64,000 nt of DNA, taken from positions 1,426,796-1,490,795 of the forward strand of contig NW_003526945.1 in assembly GCF_000181795.1 (NCBI RefSeq), given 5' to 3'. The first letter of the stretch is position 1. Each line of letters starts with the position of its first letter. The notes beneath the pieces are model-generated. The model was not told the DNA's origin. It made no database searches and worked only from the letters and a program-made list of their open reading frames with translations. This DNA is from Trichinella spiralis. Taxonomy: Eukaryota. The position numbers were made by a program, and so were the translations under genes. This document shows positions 14,544-28,140 of this stretch, one piece after another.

Positions 14544-17500
14544 AAACATTAAATCTTTCCTAAATCATCATGCTGCTTTGAAATAAAAAATGCTTTCTGT
14601 TTACATGAAACGTTAGGCAAGCTGATAATTTAAAATCAATAACGAAGCAAACAGTTATGCCAGAAATGACCATTCCAATCTATACGCCATTCTCGAACGG
14701 CAAACTCAACAATGTGATGATCAAGTGCTCTCCGTATTATTTATAATAACATCTTCCATATAAGATAAACTGCTCAAACTTTTCAGTAATTAATATAGTT
14801 AAAAGTTTTCAAAAACCTTCTTATGTTTTAAATGAAAAATTTGAATTGCACAAAAAAATTCAATTATCAATTACTATAAAATACAACAGAGCTAAAAAAC
14901 TTATATTCATCACAATAATGCCTCTTATCAATATTCTCAATCCATACTCAGGAATAAAAAACAAAAAATTGGAAATAACTTCAACGAAACATGCTAAAAA
15001 AAAGCAATGACATTTTGTCAGTCAGACGAACGAATAAAATTTCAACACTTGCAATTAACCTTCATTTCAAATAATATATGCAAACGTACGTTTTATATAC
15101 AATAATTTAACCGTTCATTGTTAAATGTGAAAGTAAAATTTTCGTGCTTCAATAACAAAATTATCCAAAAAATTGAAAAACAACTGAATAATGCTTTTTC
15201 ACTCTCACATCAAAAAAATAAAAAATTCATATTTTACACAAGGATCAATTTCGATCAAAATAAAGCCAACAACATGCCCATTGCTCTTGTAAAACGTTCA
15301 TCAATCAAGCTTAGCTTCTCAATTAAAAAAAGGACAACACTCAAATCTCAAGCTAAGCATCTAGCATTCGGCTTTAAACAAAAAAAACTCAACTCCTTCA
15401 ATTCAACAAGCAGAGCACTTTTTCGACATGTGCCAATATAACGTATTCATTGCAGAACATAAACACGAGCTACGAATACAAAAAGAACTATTTAGCAATG
15501 GAAATTGCGTGTAATCTATTTACTTCTTAAATTGCTTTATAAAATAATAGAAGGGAAATATCAACATTAATGTACACGATATAGTGGGAAATTAACGCAA
15601 TTAAGAAATACGTCGACGGATTTCCTGCTAACGCGTCATGTTTGTTTATATAGATATATAAATATATATATTTGCTTGTTTGAGAAGCCTCGCGTTGATC
15701 AGCTAGAAAATCGCTTTAGAGCTCGAGAAAAAATAATCAAATAGAATTTTTTTAATTGGCTTCTTCATGGCTAAGATCGACTGCAAAGCGACTATTTTCT
15801 CTTGCTTTTACTACATCCACGATCGATTTGAACGTTCCTGTCATTAAAAGCAAAAAAAAAACTGAGAACTTTTCTCGATTCTTGAAAAAGAATTGAAAAA
15901 TTATTTGAAAATCGACCCAACATGGCAGGCAAATGACAAGTCAAGGATTCGCTATAGTTACGTGCAACGACGTTGTTGGCTTATTCAATTTCTTCCATTA
16001 ATTTTCTCAATTAGAAATAAAAAATTTTTTGAAGAAACCAATATGAAAATTCTGGAAACTTTTCTGCGGCTAAAATAAACACCTACATATATATATCATT
16101 TCAAAATCTGAAAACATCCATTTTGCATGTACTTCATGTGATAAATATAATTGATAAGAAAATTTGAATCCAATCGCCCACTTTATGATTAATTAATCGT
16201 AAAGAAATAAACTTCACTCATAATTGTTTGTTTTGCAAAAAAATTTAGAAATGAATCTCAATTAATGCATCCACCCCTGTTGTATTAACAAAGTGAGTCA
16301 TGTACAAAAATGGAATTTTCATGAAAACATATTTGCTGACAAATAACAACGAAGCATTATTTTATAATTGTAGTAATTGTAAAACAGCACTCCGTTGTTA
16401 AACAAACCAAACTAACCGACATCTACAAACGAAAACAAAGCATGCATTGTGAGAAAATGTGTTGATGAAATGGGGAAAATATGAAGCAGCAAAAGCCTGC
16501 TGCCAAATTTTTCCCATCAAATTTGCATTCAAAAATTTGATTTTGCGGACGGATATATTGCACAGAATACTGAAGTGGGTAAAAATCATGGCAACAGCAG
16601 AGAATGCAACTGAAACAGTAAAAAACTGTACCTGTGTTCATGTAACATATATAAATAAATACGACAAAATGCTTACTCAAATATGAAACATGCAAATGAA
16701 TAGAAATAAGGTGAATATAGTGAATTTTGAAAAAGTTTACACAAAAACACATTCCACTATGCAGTAAATAGTATATAAAACTGGAAAGAGAAAAAAAACA
16801 CTCTTAAGCAACTGTTGAGTTTCAATGGTGGGCAGAAAATAAAAGTGAACAAAAATTCACTGAGATACTACTACGCATGCGTCATGCAATGAAAGTTGAA
16901 AAATAAACAAATATTATAATTGTACATGTGATACTTGTTTATGTGTGCATGTTAGAACTCACAACTGATGGAATTCCACAATTTAGTGTCGTCTTCACCC
17001 GTTTGACAATGTTTTGCACGCTCTGGTGGTAATCGCAAATTATTTAAAGACCCGCTGAGTTCACCAAAGCAGCCGAGATAAAATTTTGCCGGACTGGAAC
17101 GTGACCGGCACAAGCCCACACCCAACGCTGGTGAATCATGAAGAAAAAATGCCGCAGGCTTACGATCAACACCGCTAGAGCGAATGACCATCACAACAGG
17201 CGCAAAATCGGTCGGCGTGGTTCCTTTTGTCGATTCTACTGCATCCGCAGTATTCGACTCGACCAAATCTAAAATTTATCAAAGTGATACAAAAAAGTTA
17301 TTGACATAATTAAATTTAATTATCTTCCACCCACTTGATGGATAATGAAATGAAAAATGCCAGTTCGCTTCGACACGCAATGTTCGACCAGTAATACGCG
17401 CGTAGAATTCATAATTTTCACGAGGAAATAAATTCGAGAAACCAAAATGTTCTACAACAAAAGTGACCACTCGTGAAGCCATCCGAAATCGAATCACATC

Positions 17501-17952
17501 CTCTACCCGTGCCTAAAAATTTTTAACACTGCACATCATTCAATCCAATTATCTATTTCTTATTAAAATACCCGCTGGCCATCGTGAATGCAAGTATGAA
17601 ATAATGATGGTGCGACAGATAAGCCGATCACTTCTGGATTCATGCGGGTACCTGAACTATCGGCTGCATCTGTAATCAGTCGGAAAGTGCCAAAAAGTAG
17701 AACCAATAAATGTTGACATGGAACACTCAGTGATGAAAGTACTCTGAATAAAACAGACAAACTTTTCTTTTCAAATCATAATCACATCATAACTTTAATC
17801 AAAATAAATCAATTCAACCTGCAAACAGCTTCACGTCTTTTATGTGTATCTTGAATTTCCAAACTTTCAAATAAACGCTCTTCGTTCTCTACACCAAATA
17901 TACCACCACTGAGTTTACTGAGAAATTTCTAAAATATCAAATTATAAGAACT

Positions 17953-17983
<31 letters not shown>

Positions 17984-18450
17984 GACGCATATTTATATGT
18001 ATAATATACTTTAATAACCGATGCAGCAGTATAGACAGAAAAGTTATCAATGTTTACAAGACGCCCATGTTGCATGATATGGATAAGCTTGCGAACGTGT
18101 GCTTGGTTTCCCGGAGCTCGCCATATATCCTTTTTAAGAGGTCCAAGTTTATTAACACGCAATAACAATACAAGTAGTGTAGCGGGTATGTCATGTGCAA
18201 ATGCTTCGGAGGCCGGAACGCCAAATTTGACTCTAAAACAACACCCATTGAATATGAACAATGGACAATTAATTTATTCCCTAGGCCACCAAATTAAAAC
18301 CTTTTCTGCAAAAGTACGAGAAGAAATATAACAATAAAATACACACTTTTCAATCCTTCGAATGAACGGAGCCCGGCCTTCATCCGACGTAAAGCACTGC
18401 ACCATAACTGGAGAGGAACCGGACGCCGACGCACCATTGACCGCGAGCAT
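10666..18450 (-). CDS. Rho GTPase-activating protein, ~9 exons with a ~5.6-kb intron
   Basis: VKFGVP...DIP...KKDIWRAPG (arginine finger)...AASVIKKFL...RMNPEVIGLSVAPSLF is a RhoGAP domain. First exon 18347-18450. Distal exons at ~11257-11345, ~11041-11165 and 10666-10918 join in frame (…HERQTLRMQTRSEWFL…). Confidence 0.82.
14500..14540. repeat. (TA)n microsatellite
   Basis: About 20 perfect TA units in the RhoGAP intron. Confidence 0.95.
17953..17980. repeat. (CA)n microsatellite
   Basis: 14 AC units in a short RhoGAP intron. Confidence 0.95.
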
Positions 18451-20644
18451 GCAAAAGTAGGCGTTCAGTGGTCGAGCGTGCTTCTATTGTATACGATTAT
18501 ATAAAATGACAGATGGCCTGTCTGACTGACTACTGCTCAACAACACGGAAGCACTAAGTCTAAGGCGACACTCTCCAAAATAGGCTACACACTAATAACC
18601 GCAACGAATAAAGGCGCGAACGGCAATCCCGTTAGCGGAATCGTTGTTTACGCCTGTTTACCTACAGTAAGATAACAAAATTAGGTTATACTAACTCATG
18701 AGAATACTGTAGCACTTGATCGGTCTATTAACCGTGACCACACGACGTAGCGATAATTATCCTAGCTGTCGTTCAGTGGGTCTTTATGGTGAATGCACAT
18801 CCAAGGACTGAAGAAGAACATATTCAATTTTACTTCCGTATCGAAAGAATTATTATGCAATTTAAATTTCTTTCGTCTTTAGTTCCATTTTCTCATTGTT
18901 TAGTTGGAAGTGAAATCACTAGACGTTATTTTGTCATGCTTTTACTTTTTTAGGAAAGTAATAGTGAAATTAAGTTATAATGAAATAATTAATTATTTAA
19001 CGAACTGAAATAACAATAACAAGGCGTATTATTCTATTTGATAGCGTGAAGGTTAAGCTCTTCCATCTTAGTTATATTCAGAAATATTATTATCTTGTAA
19101 AAAGAATAGTATTTCAACACGTTTTTGAAAGGCAATTGATTCAACGTATTTAAATAAAGCGTATTTCTTCCAGATATGCAAAGGCAATTCAGCAAATTGT
19201 GCCATACTAATGCAAGTATTTAGCAGTTATATCATAAAAATTCTATTACAAAAGAAAATTACGAAAATTGCTACACTGCTTTATGTTTATCTACTTCATT
19301 ATATGGATATAAATGTTATTTATAATAACTGCTAAAGATCATATTGCACCAGCTTAATTATTCAATTAACAATACCATATGTGCATGTAATATCGATGCG
19401 CATCGAAATTTTTTTCGTCTAAATTAACATTCAATTTCATTTATCAGTGCATACATTACTTTATTAACAACATCTACTTCAATAAGCATGTGTTTCATAA
19501 TATAAAAATGAATTTGATTTAATAACTAAAATTGCCTTACTTCTCATGCATCGCTTTAGTCCCACGACAAGCTGTGCTAAAAATGTATTTGAGCAAACAA
19601 AGTAATTTGAAAATGCTTCAAGATTATTAGAGATTTCGATGAAATTCAATTTGAATGGATTTGATTTCCACATTTTAAAATTTATAATTTACAGATAATT
19701 TATAATAATATATTTTAAACTTCGTGTGTCATGATTATTATAAAACTATACTGTAATGAATATAGTATGCACTTATTAGCTTCGAGAAAGTTGATGGGCA
19801 AGCTTGAATCAATGGACATTAGTTTTTTGTTCTTAACATAGCGATATTGCTCACTGATTTAGAATAGGTTTTTTATTTAGCAGCAGTAAGTATTATAATG
19901 ATTGCAGTTTTGCAAACTTCTTAAAAATCTTAATCGATTCCATCGCAGGATAAATAATTTAATTTTGTAATTTCTACTTATTTTGATGCATTAATTATAG
20001 TGCAGCTGAATTTACACTGAACGAGGTATTTAAAAGAGTTGTAACATTTTATTTTTATTGCGTTCTTAAAGTATAAATTAACTGTTGCAAAAATTTGCAC
20101 ATTACTAAGACGAGTTTTTGACTACATAGTTTTATTTCTGTAAACACTCAGCTTGTTTTCATAAATGAAAGCAGTAACTTGTTCAGCTTCGTCAGCAGTG
20201 CTATTTGTATCGTAAATTGAATGACATTTTTGGGTTGTGTAGTAAATTGTATATTCACTTTGGTCATCTTATGTGAACGTTGCGTGAATACTTCATTAGC
20301 AGCACTGTTTTTTTGTCATTCATTGTATGTGAATGTACTAAAAGGTTATAGATACTTGTTTACATTACACATTGCAGTTTCTGGTGTGCCATTTATTAAT
20401 ATTGGCATATACGTAAATTATTAATTTATAATATTTTTAAATTATAGCTTTTTATTGGAATTCATGGATTATTTAATCATTACCTAGGATGCTAATTAAT
20501 TGAAATTTCGTTTTTCAGCTTTTATTACAGTAAAAATTTAGTATTTAAATGATGATCAAGTTTTATTTTATCAGTTTATGTACTTAATTATGTTATTTGC
20601 GTATTCTGTTTTTAAAGCAGTGTTACTTAATTTTTCTTAGATAC

Positions 20645-21340
20645 ATGGCGAAAACGGTGGAAAAAATTCTTCAGTTATTTAAATGGCGAAATGTTACGTG
20701 TCTGAACGGTGGAGAAAAGAACAACAAAGGCGAATGCAGATGTCAAAAATATTATACCGGACCAGAATGTCAGTATATACAGTGTCTTTATGGTGGAACA
20801 GTAATTTCACCGGAAAACAAATCCTGCCTGTGCCCTGATGAATATCATTACCGCGGAAGGCATTGTGAAACTATCTTATGTGAAAATGGTGGAAAGGATA
20901 ATGGTCAAGGTGGATGCGATTGCTTACCAGATTGGTATAACGGCCAATTCTGTCAGTATTACAGTAGTCCATGGATAATTTTATTCAGCTGTTTGGGTTT
21001 GTTTATCACTGTAATAGCGTTTGTATGTATCGCATGTCGGTTGCAAAATTGGTTTTGCAGTTTGTCGGATATAACAACATTCAGCGATTGCTGTCGAAAT
21101 CAGTCATGTCATAGTCAGTCACATCCATTATCTGTTTATTCAGCTCAATCAGTGCCAACAGCTTATGAAAGACGGCCATTGTACTCAAATAAGAGGTTCA
21201 CTTTCGACAGGGAAGAAAATGCTATTCCACTGCCTTCTACAAGTTCCGACACTTATATTCCAGTAATGCCTGAATATCCAGAAACTCCACCACCATCGTA
21301 TGAAGCAGCAGTTCGAAATGAAACTTTGCAAGCATCTTAA
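20645..21340 (+). CDS. EGF-like repeat single-pass membrane protein with cytoplasmic PPxY motif (an upstream exon may exist)
   Basis: Three CxNGG/CLYGG...CxC...Y.G..C repeats, a TM helix (WIILFSCLGLFITVIAFVCIAC) and a tail with PPPSYEAAV. A TTTCTTAG acceptor ends at 20640. Confidence 0.8.
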   Translation: MAKTVEKILQLFKWRNVTCLNGGEKNNKGECRCQKYYTGPECQYIQCLYGGTVISPENKSCLCPDEYHYRGRHCETILCENGGKDNGQGGCDCLPDWYNGQFCQYYSSPWIILFSCLGLFITVIAFVCIACRLQNWFCSLSDITTFSDCCRNQSCHSQSHPLSVYSAQSVPTAYERRPLYSNKRFTFDREENAIPLPSTSSDTYIPVMPEYPETPPPSYEAAVRNETLQAS

Positions 21341-21863
21341 AGCAAAAAAAAACATCCTGAAACATTAGTTGTATTTCTTTTACCTTTTAGTTGTTTACTT
21401 ATGTCCATGCCGTGGCCGTGAAAACAGCTCATGAAACAAAAAATGTGATTCGAATTCTTGAATAAATATTGATTCACTGTTAATCACTGTGCAATTGATG
21501 TAGCATTGAAGCAAAAATTTAATGTGCTTTTTCGTAAAACATTGATGCTTGCTTCATATAAGCAAATACACTGTGCATTGCAAATCGAAATGTGCGTTCC
21601 GCAGAAGTTTCGTTTCACAATACATTCAATGGATGTATTGGGCTTTGGATTACAGAAGCAGAAACTAAAAAATGAAAGTAATTTCAATTTCTATAGTGAA
21701 AAAGTTGTAAAATTAAAGTTTTTTGTTTCAAAAGAGAGACAATATTATACACTTTATTTGTCAGCATATTGACAGTTGCTTTAAACAACCAACTGAACAT
21801 TTTGAAGCAGATATTATCCAGTATGTTGCATTAAAAAATTGAAATGCAACTTAACTTGAAGCT

Positions 21864-22949
21864 TCAAGAAGGTGGTCGATAATCTGAATTTTTCTTTATT
21901 GCTTTCACTAACCACGAAATACTTGCTAAAACGTTGTTTCTAAATACAAAAAATAATCTGCTTCAATTAAGGAGAAAATTTCGTATTTAAAATTACCCAT
22001 GCAACGCAGAAACAGGAAAAAGTGAGCAATCGCGTGTTCCTAATTTTTTAATTATCTCACGAAGTGCCATTTTCACGTCAGATACCGACATGCATTCCTA
22101 AACCAGTTGTGGATAATAATATGAATAAATAATAAAACGCTAAAATATATACCTTAATGTCTTGCTTGTTGCACACAATAACAACTGGAACACCATTTAA
22201 TGTTTTATTTTTCAAAGCTTTTTCTTAATAATTTAAAAATGAATGTACATTATGGTTGATGCTTTTTTAATTTCCATACCAAATGCGTCTAGTGATTCTT
22301 CTATGCGACTCTGGTCTGAAGAATCAATAATATAAATAACTCCATGTGCTTCTGCAAAATACTATAAAAAACATTAAAAAAGAGAATATGAAATTGCATC
22401 ATATTGAACTTACCTTATCCCAAAGTGACTGCAACTCTTTCTGCCCTCCCAAGTCCCAAAAATTCAACTCCACACCATCAAAAACAACCTTTCCAACTAT
22501 AAAATACAGAGTACTAACAAAAGAATAGTTTTACAAATGTAAATCACTATTTAAGCCAACAGTAGTAGTAATTGCTTCAGGCTTCATAGCTTTGTACTGC
22601 TTATTCAATTTCGCTTTCGCTGATTCAAGAAAAGTCTGAAAGAAAGACATTTTATCTCTGAAATAAATCAATTATAAAAGACAAAACTGATGTTCTGCTT
22701 ATAAATAAGTTTAACAAAAGCTATTAATACAAAAATCATATAAAGAAACGTAACATCTAAGCACTCTGCTGTAAAAACATCAGTTAGCGCAATTCTGAAA
22801 ATTTAATAACACTAAAATAGATACTAAAAACAAAGTTATTACAAAAAAGTGCTTACAGTTTTACCAGCATTATCCAATCCCATAATCAAAATAAAGTATT
22901 GATCTTTGTGGAATATGTAATTGTAAATCTCAGTCAGAAGAGCAAGCAT
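21864..22949 (-). CDS. ARFRP1: ADP-ribosylation factor-related protein 1, ~7 exons
   Basis: MLALLTEIYNYIFHKDQYFILIMGLDNAGKT|TFLE...ITTTVGLN|...FWDLGGQKELQSLWDK|YFAEAHGVIYIIDS...VCNKQD...SALHG...YRPPS*, closely matching ARFRP1. Confidence 0.95.
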
Positions 22950-25900
22950 ATCTTGAAATTTTCAACTAAAACATAGATCATGTAGTTTAAAAAATGTTTC
23001 ACGTATAAACCTCACTTTCATTGCAAGATATGTGCTTAGCATCAAACGACAAACGTATAGATAAAGATTTTCTGTTACATTAAAAAAAAGCATTCTAAAT
23101 ACGAAATGCACATCAAGCAGCTAGTACGTCATGCCTACACCGCCAAAACATGTTGAAGGTCAACTTTCTCAGGTGATTCTTCTTACTATTAGTTTCTATG
23201 AGAAATGCAAGGTTTAAAAATTGATGTGCTAAATGCAAATAATGTTGTTTATATATTTCCGCGTCTTTCAATTAAATTTCATGTAAAAATTGTTATTGTT
23301 GTGAATAAATTATTATTATTATTATTATTACCATTACTTAAAATACTATTAAGAACGGTAGGTAAGAATGTATTACTGTAGAATGACAGTACGGTATTAA
23401 TTTTTGGTGCTGTAATAATTAAGGATAGCAATATTGAAAACTGCATGAAATGAATAATTTTAAATACATTGCTTTCTGAATTCAATATAATTAAGGGAGT
23501 TGACAACTATTATGTTTTATGCAAAATCTTTGAACAGTATTGGTGGTTAATTTGATGCAATTCAATTTAGTTTTATGAAATTATAATTTGTAAATTACAC
23601 ATACGAATAATAATGTAACGATGATAATTTTCATAATTTTGCGCTCAATGCATTTACAATTGAAACATCGAGACATGTTACATTTTACTTTTTCTGTACC
23701 ACTATTTTGAATGAGTTTTTACTACTACTTGAAAACGTTATCACTTGGCACTTTTTTATGATTTTGATAATAGAAAAGTTTTTATGTTTCACTTGAAACA
23801 GCATTTTACTGAAAGAATGCAACAAAAACAACTTCAGTTTTTCTGCTGAGCAACGAAATTGTAAAACTTGTACAAATGGAAAATCAGTTAATACTGCTGA
23901 GAAGGCAAAATCTGTCAATTTTTGTTTTCTGCTTATGAAACATAACGCAACTACAGTTGAGCATAAAATACTATGCAAAATAGCAGAAAAACAAGCCGTT
24001 AAAATGCATTTGTCAAAAAGTGAAATGAAAAAATCACTGATAAAGACCTGACGTCATAGCGTATCGTTTTAGCATGACAATCAGATATAAAAAGTAAATG
24101 TTCGATACAAACAAATTTATCAGTTTGGCTTTATCTACTTCTTATTCGTTTTTTTTCTGAAATGTTTTCAAGTTTGAAACAATAAATAACACGTAAATTT
24201 TTATACATGCTTCTGGAAAGATGCCGCGAGAAGCACAAGCTTTGACGTGCAAGTTGTAAAATGCAGTTTGATGCTTGAAAAAGAATAAAAACTTGCTCTC
24301 ATCGAAACATTAAATTGAAATTAATTTTACTGCCGCTGTTCTACATCGGTTTTAATAATATTTTTGAAGATCAAAAACAAAAATACATATTAAACTATTG
24401 TAAATGATCTTTTATAAATATGCTTAATGGATTTTACTTCAATTATTTTAATAATTCATTCACACAAAAAATGATATTACAAATTGAACTCATCAAAGTT
24501 GAAAAAAAATAATTTTTTGGCAAGAATAATTAAGTGAAAAATATCCTGCCGAGTAATCAATAAAGGACAAAAGCCAAAATGGAATGGGTTGTAGTTTTAC
24601 ATGAACTACATTCCATTTAATAATAAAAATAAAAATATTATTATTATTATTATACCAACGCTTCTCTGCAAATGAAATTAATGATTTTCTTGAAAACAAG
24701 AAAAGATAAATCAAAGTAGCAATGTGACATTTGAGACAAAAAAGGAGGAAGAGGAAGAAGTAGAAGAAGAGGTAATCAAATGTGCATTGTGATAGAATGA
24801 AAAAAATATAATAGAATAAAAATTATAAAAAAAAGTCATATTTAAAGAGAAAAGTAGAAGATTTTTACTTGTAAACAGAAACTAGCTGACCTATTTGCCG
24901 GCAGTTTTCAAAAGCCATTTTTTTATGGCAACAGTTAAATTTGTAACGGCCAATAGATCTCACGTAATGGCCAACATGATGGTCATGCGTCCTGAATTTA
25001 TGACGTCTTCAATTTGTTATTCAACCCACTCCACCAATCAACGCTCTTAAAGCACCAATAAAGATGGCGTGCTAGTCATCTGTATAGCAATTTATTTCTG
25101 TTTACCAGCGCTGTGAACAAGTAATAGCCGGGTTTCCTTGAGCCGTGCTGCGTCTCAATCTCCTTCACTTCTGCAAAATGCTGCTTTTCAATTCCATTCC
25201 ATTCCACCCATGTATTATTTTGCATAATTAACAACAGACAAAACTGCTTCCGTATCCGAATATATTGTTTATATTCGACACAAAGAGAATCCAATGTTCA
25301 CGTTCAGTTACCCTGTAGCACCGAGCTGTGTGTCTGCATTTTGGTACACACTGTCGGTTACAGGTTAAATGAATTTGAAGCAACACATCTTCACCTTTTC
25401 AACTGATGTCTCATGTTGATTTTATCGCTTACAGTCCATAACATTGCATATCAATAAATTCAAATAAACGGTCGTTGAAAATTTATTACAACATGCCATT
25501 TTTTTAGGAATGGTCAAAGTTGGAATAAATTTTCGCTACGTTGTCTTATTGGTCGTCTATTGCAGTATCTTATTGGATGATCATGCCGTTGTCTTTTTGG
25601 TTTTTCTTGTCTAATTGTTGATTGGAACAAAATTTTCCATTTTGATTAGTTGCATTATTTTTTATTTCATTGGTCCAAATATTTCCTTTTACTATTTTCA
25701 CAACTTTAGTAGTGAAATTTTTATATATTCCATTAAATCTATATTTATCACACTTTGTTTTTTTCACATATTATTTATTGAGAATTTTATACTTTGTAAT
25801 GAAAAGTATTTCTTCTATTATTTTATATTTTATTGTACCACAGTGAAGTTATGTTAAATGTGATAGTAATAGGTGAGCAAACACAACAAAAAATAAGTAA

Positions 25901-26110
25901 AACATTGATTTTTTCATTATTAAACAGCAACAACAGTAAAAAAACAGCCAACAACAATGACAACACACATCAGTAAACAAGATTAGTAACGTGAAAACGA
26001 CGAGAAATGAGAAAAACAGAACAATGCAATATAATACAAAACCACCACTCAGAAGGCCGCATTAAATCGGCCCAGGCGTTATGTACATTAATGCTGCAAG
26101 GAATTAGCTA

Positions 26111-27228
26111 GCTCGAAGCGGCTAGCTTATTCTTCAGTGTCATCCAAATAATCATATCTGTTGACTTTTGTCAAATAAATAACTTCAATAATGATAAACT
26201 TCATTGAATTCTGCGTGCACTTTTTCATTTGCTACTGCTTCTGTTATTAGCTGATTTTCAAGTATAATTTATATGTGCGCATTTCGGTCACGAATAAACG
26301 ATATTACTTTTTTGAATGGCACAACATTTGAAAGACAGTTGAAAGCAGATTGGCATATAAGTAATGTTATGTTTGAATGGCTGCTTGTTTATTACTTTTC
26401 TGCTGGCCAATTTTATTACACAGACAATAAGAACAGTTGAACAAGCTAGCAAAAGAACAAATCTTATGATAGCATTACACATGTGGAAGTGATCAAGTTA
26501 TGCGTGATCGCTGGCACATCACAAATTCTGCATTAGCAATTTTTGGACCGTACTGCTGCAGTGCAACAGCCGCAAGCAGTAATTGCTAAACGCATATACA
26601 TTTTCGCAGCCTTTCTGGGTAAGTTGTCGGAAAATTGAGGATTTGTCTGAAAAATCAGCAATGTGGTGCCAACAGTTTTAATTTATTCATAAATGGTGTC
26701 CATGCTAAAGTGTGAAAATGTCATGCCTCGTCTTTCCACTTGGCACCGTCCATTTCTTTCTTTCTTCGTTGGAATCATCCAAAAGTTTTGATACAATTTT
26801 ATCAAAAGCAGCTATTTCCATTTGTAAATGTTGAAACAAACTGTTGCATTTTAATTGTTCACAGTAACAGCTAGCTTTGTTGTGTGCTTCAGTAAACATT
26901 TTTTACAGCAGACTTTGACGAATGCTAACAAGCAATTCAGTTTCCATTACTTTTTATCATTTGTGTATAATAAATAAATGCAACTTTTTAACTTGTCACA
27001 TTTTGAACTGTTTCAATGATAACAAAAAATTCAACATTTGTAATTCTTAGCAGCGCTTGGGATTGAGCTGTGTTCTGTTGCTTCTTGTTAGAACAGCGTT
27101 TCTGCATTTTCAAATGAAATCCCGGCACAGTTCTCTCATAAGATATATCACTGCAATTATTTATTCAACAAAAGTCAAGTGATATGATTATACACATGTC
27201 ATTCAAGAATAGGCTAGCCGCTTCGAGC
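26111..27228. repeat. Imperfect inverted repeat (best-matching arms ~70-110 bp) spanning ~1.1 kb
   Basis: GCTCGAAGCGGCTAGCTTATTCTT...ATAATCATATC..TTGACTTTTGT..AATAAATAA at 26111 matches the reverse complement of ~27157-27228. Confidence 0.8.
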
Positions 27229-27265
27229 CAACCAGTTTGAACAAGCAAAAAATTCAATTAAAAAC

Positions 27266-27632
27266 CGTGAGAGCATCTTAACATTTGAAATTTGAAGCAA
27301 CGCCCGTGTAGAACAAATCTTTTTTTCTGTTCTGCTGGTTATTCTCGCAACGGCTGAGACTTCTGAGTTGCGTCTTGTAAAAGTGGCGTGGACCAATAAT
27401 CGTGGGAGCGGCTTAAAATTTGACTACTGAAGCGATTCTTGATTTGACACTTTGAATCTTTTTCTGTTCTGTTCGTTATTTGGGCAACGGTGGTTTCTGC
27501 CAGCTTGTTGCTAAATGCTGACGAGTTCTCTCACAAGCCAAAAAAGTCAATTCAGACTGTGGGAGCGGCTTGAAATTTGAGCATTGAAGCGATTCTTGAT
27601 TTGTCGATTTGAATCATTTTCCATTTTGTTCG
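27266..27632. repeat. Degenerate tandem repeat, 3 copies of ~135-157 bp
   Basis: GTGGGAGCGGCTT.AAATTTGA...TGAAGCGATTCTTGATTTG at ~27402 and ~27559, with a more diverged copy at ~27266. Confidence 0.7.
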
Positions 27633-28140
27633 CAAATGCCGCTTTGCCTGACTTTTCTGTCTTGCATCCTGCACCGAATGCTTGAGGTGGTGTATCTCGT
27701 TTATGAAGGTGTACAAACTGAAACATAATAGAAAGAAGAAAAATTATTGGAGATGTTCAAAAGTAGGTGCTGAAAGTATAGCGTGTGTCCCATATTATTA
27801 ACAATTAATTTATTGGGGTATGGGTATGGTAATTTGGGATATGAAAAATTCGTTGACCGAACAACAATGATTGAGATATTATGGCTTGTATTACTTACCC
27901 TTCTGAGTTTTTTTGCATTGACGCCCATCCTGTGAATGGCAGTCCCGTCTAAAGTGGCCCACTTGCGTGCACGTCCAACACGTGCTGCGTTGCCGATGGC
28001 GTCGATTTCTCCTGCTAGCAGCGCTTTTACTTTCATCGCTAGCTTGACTATGTCGTCCCTTGGCTGTTTGTGAAGTTTTTCGCACTGTCATCCAAGGATT
28101 CTTTCCTGGAGATGGCGGAGCCGTGATGGCTGACGAGCCT

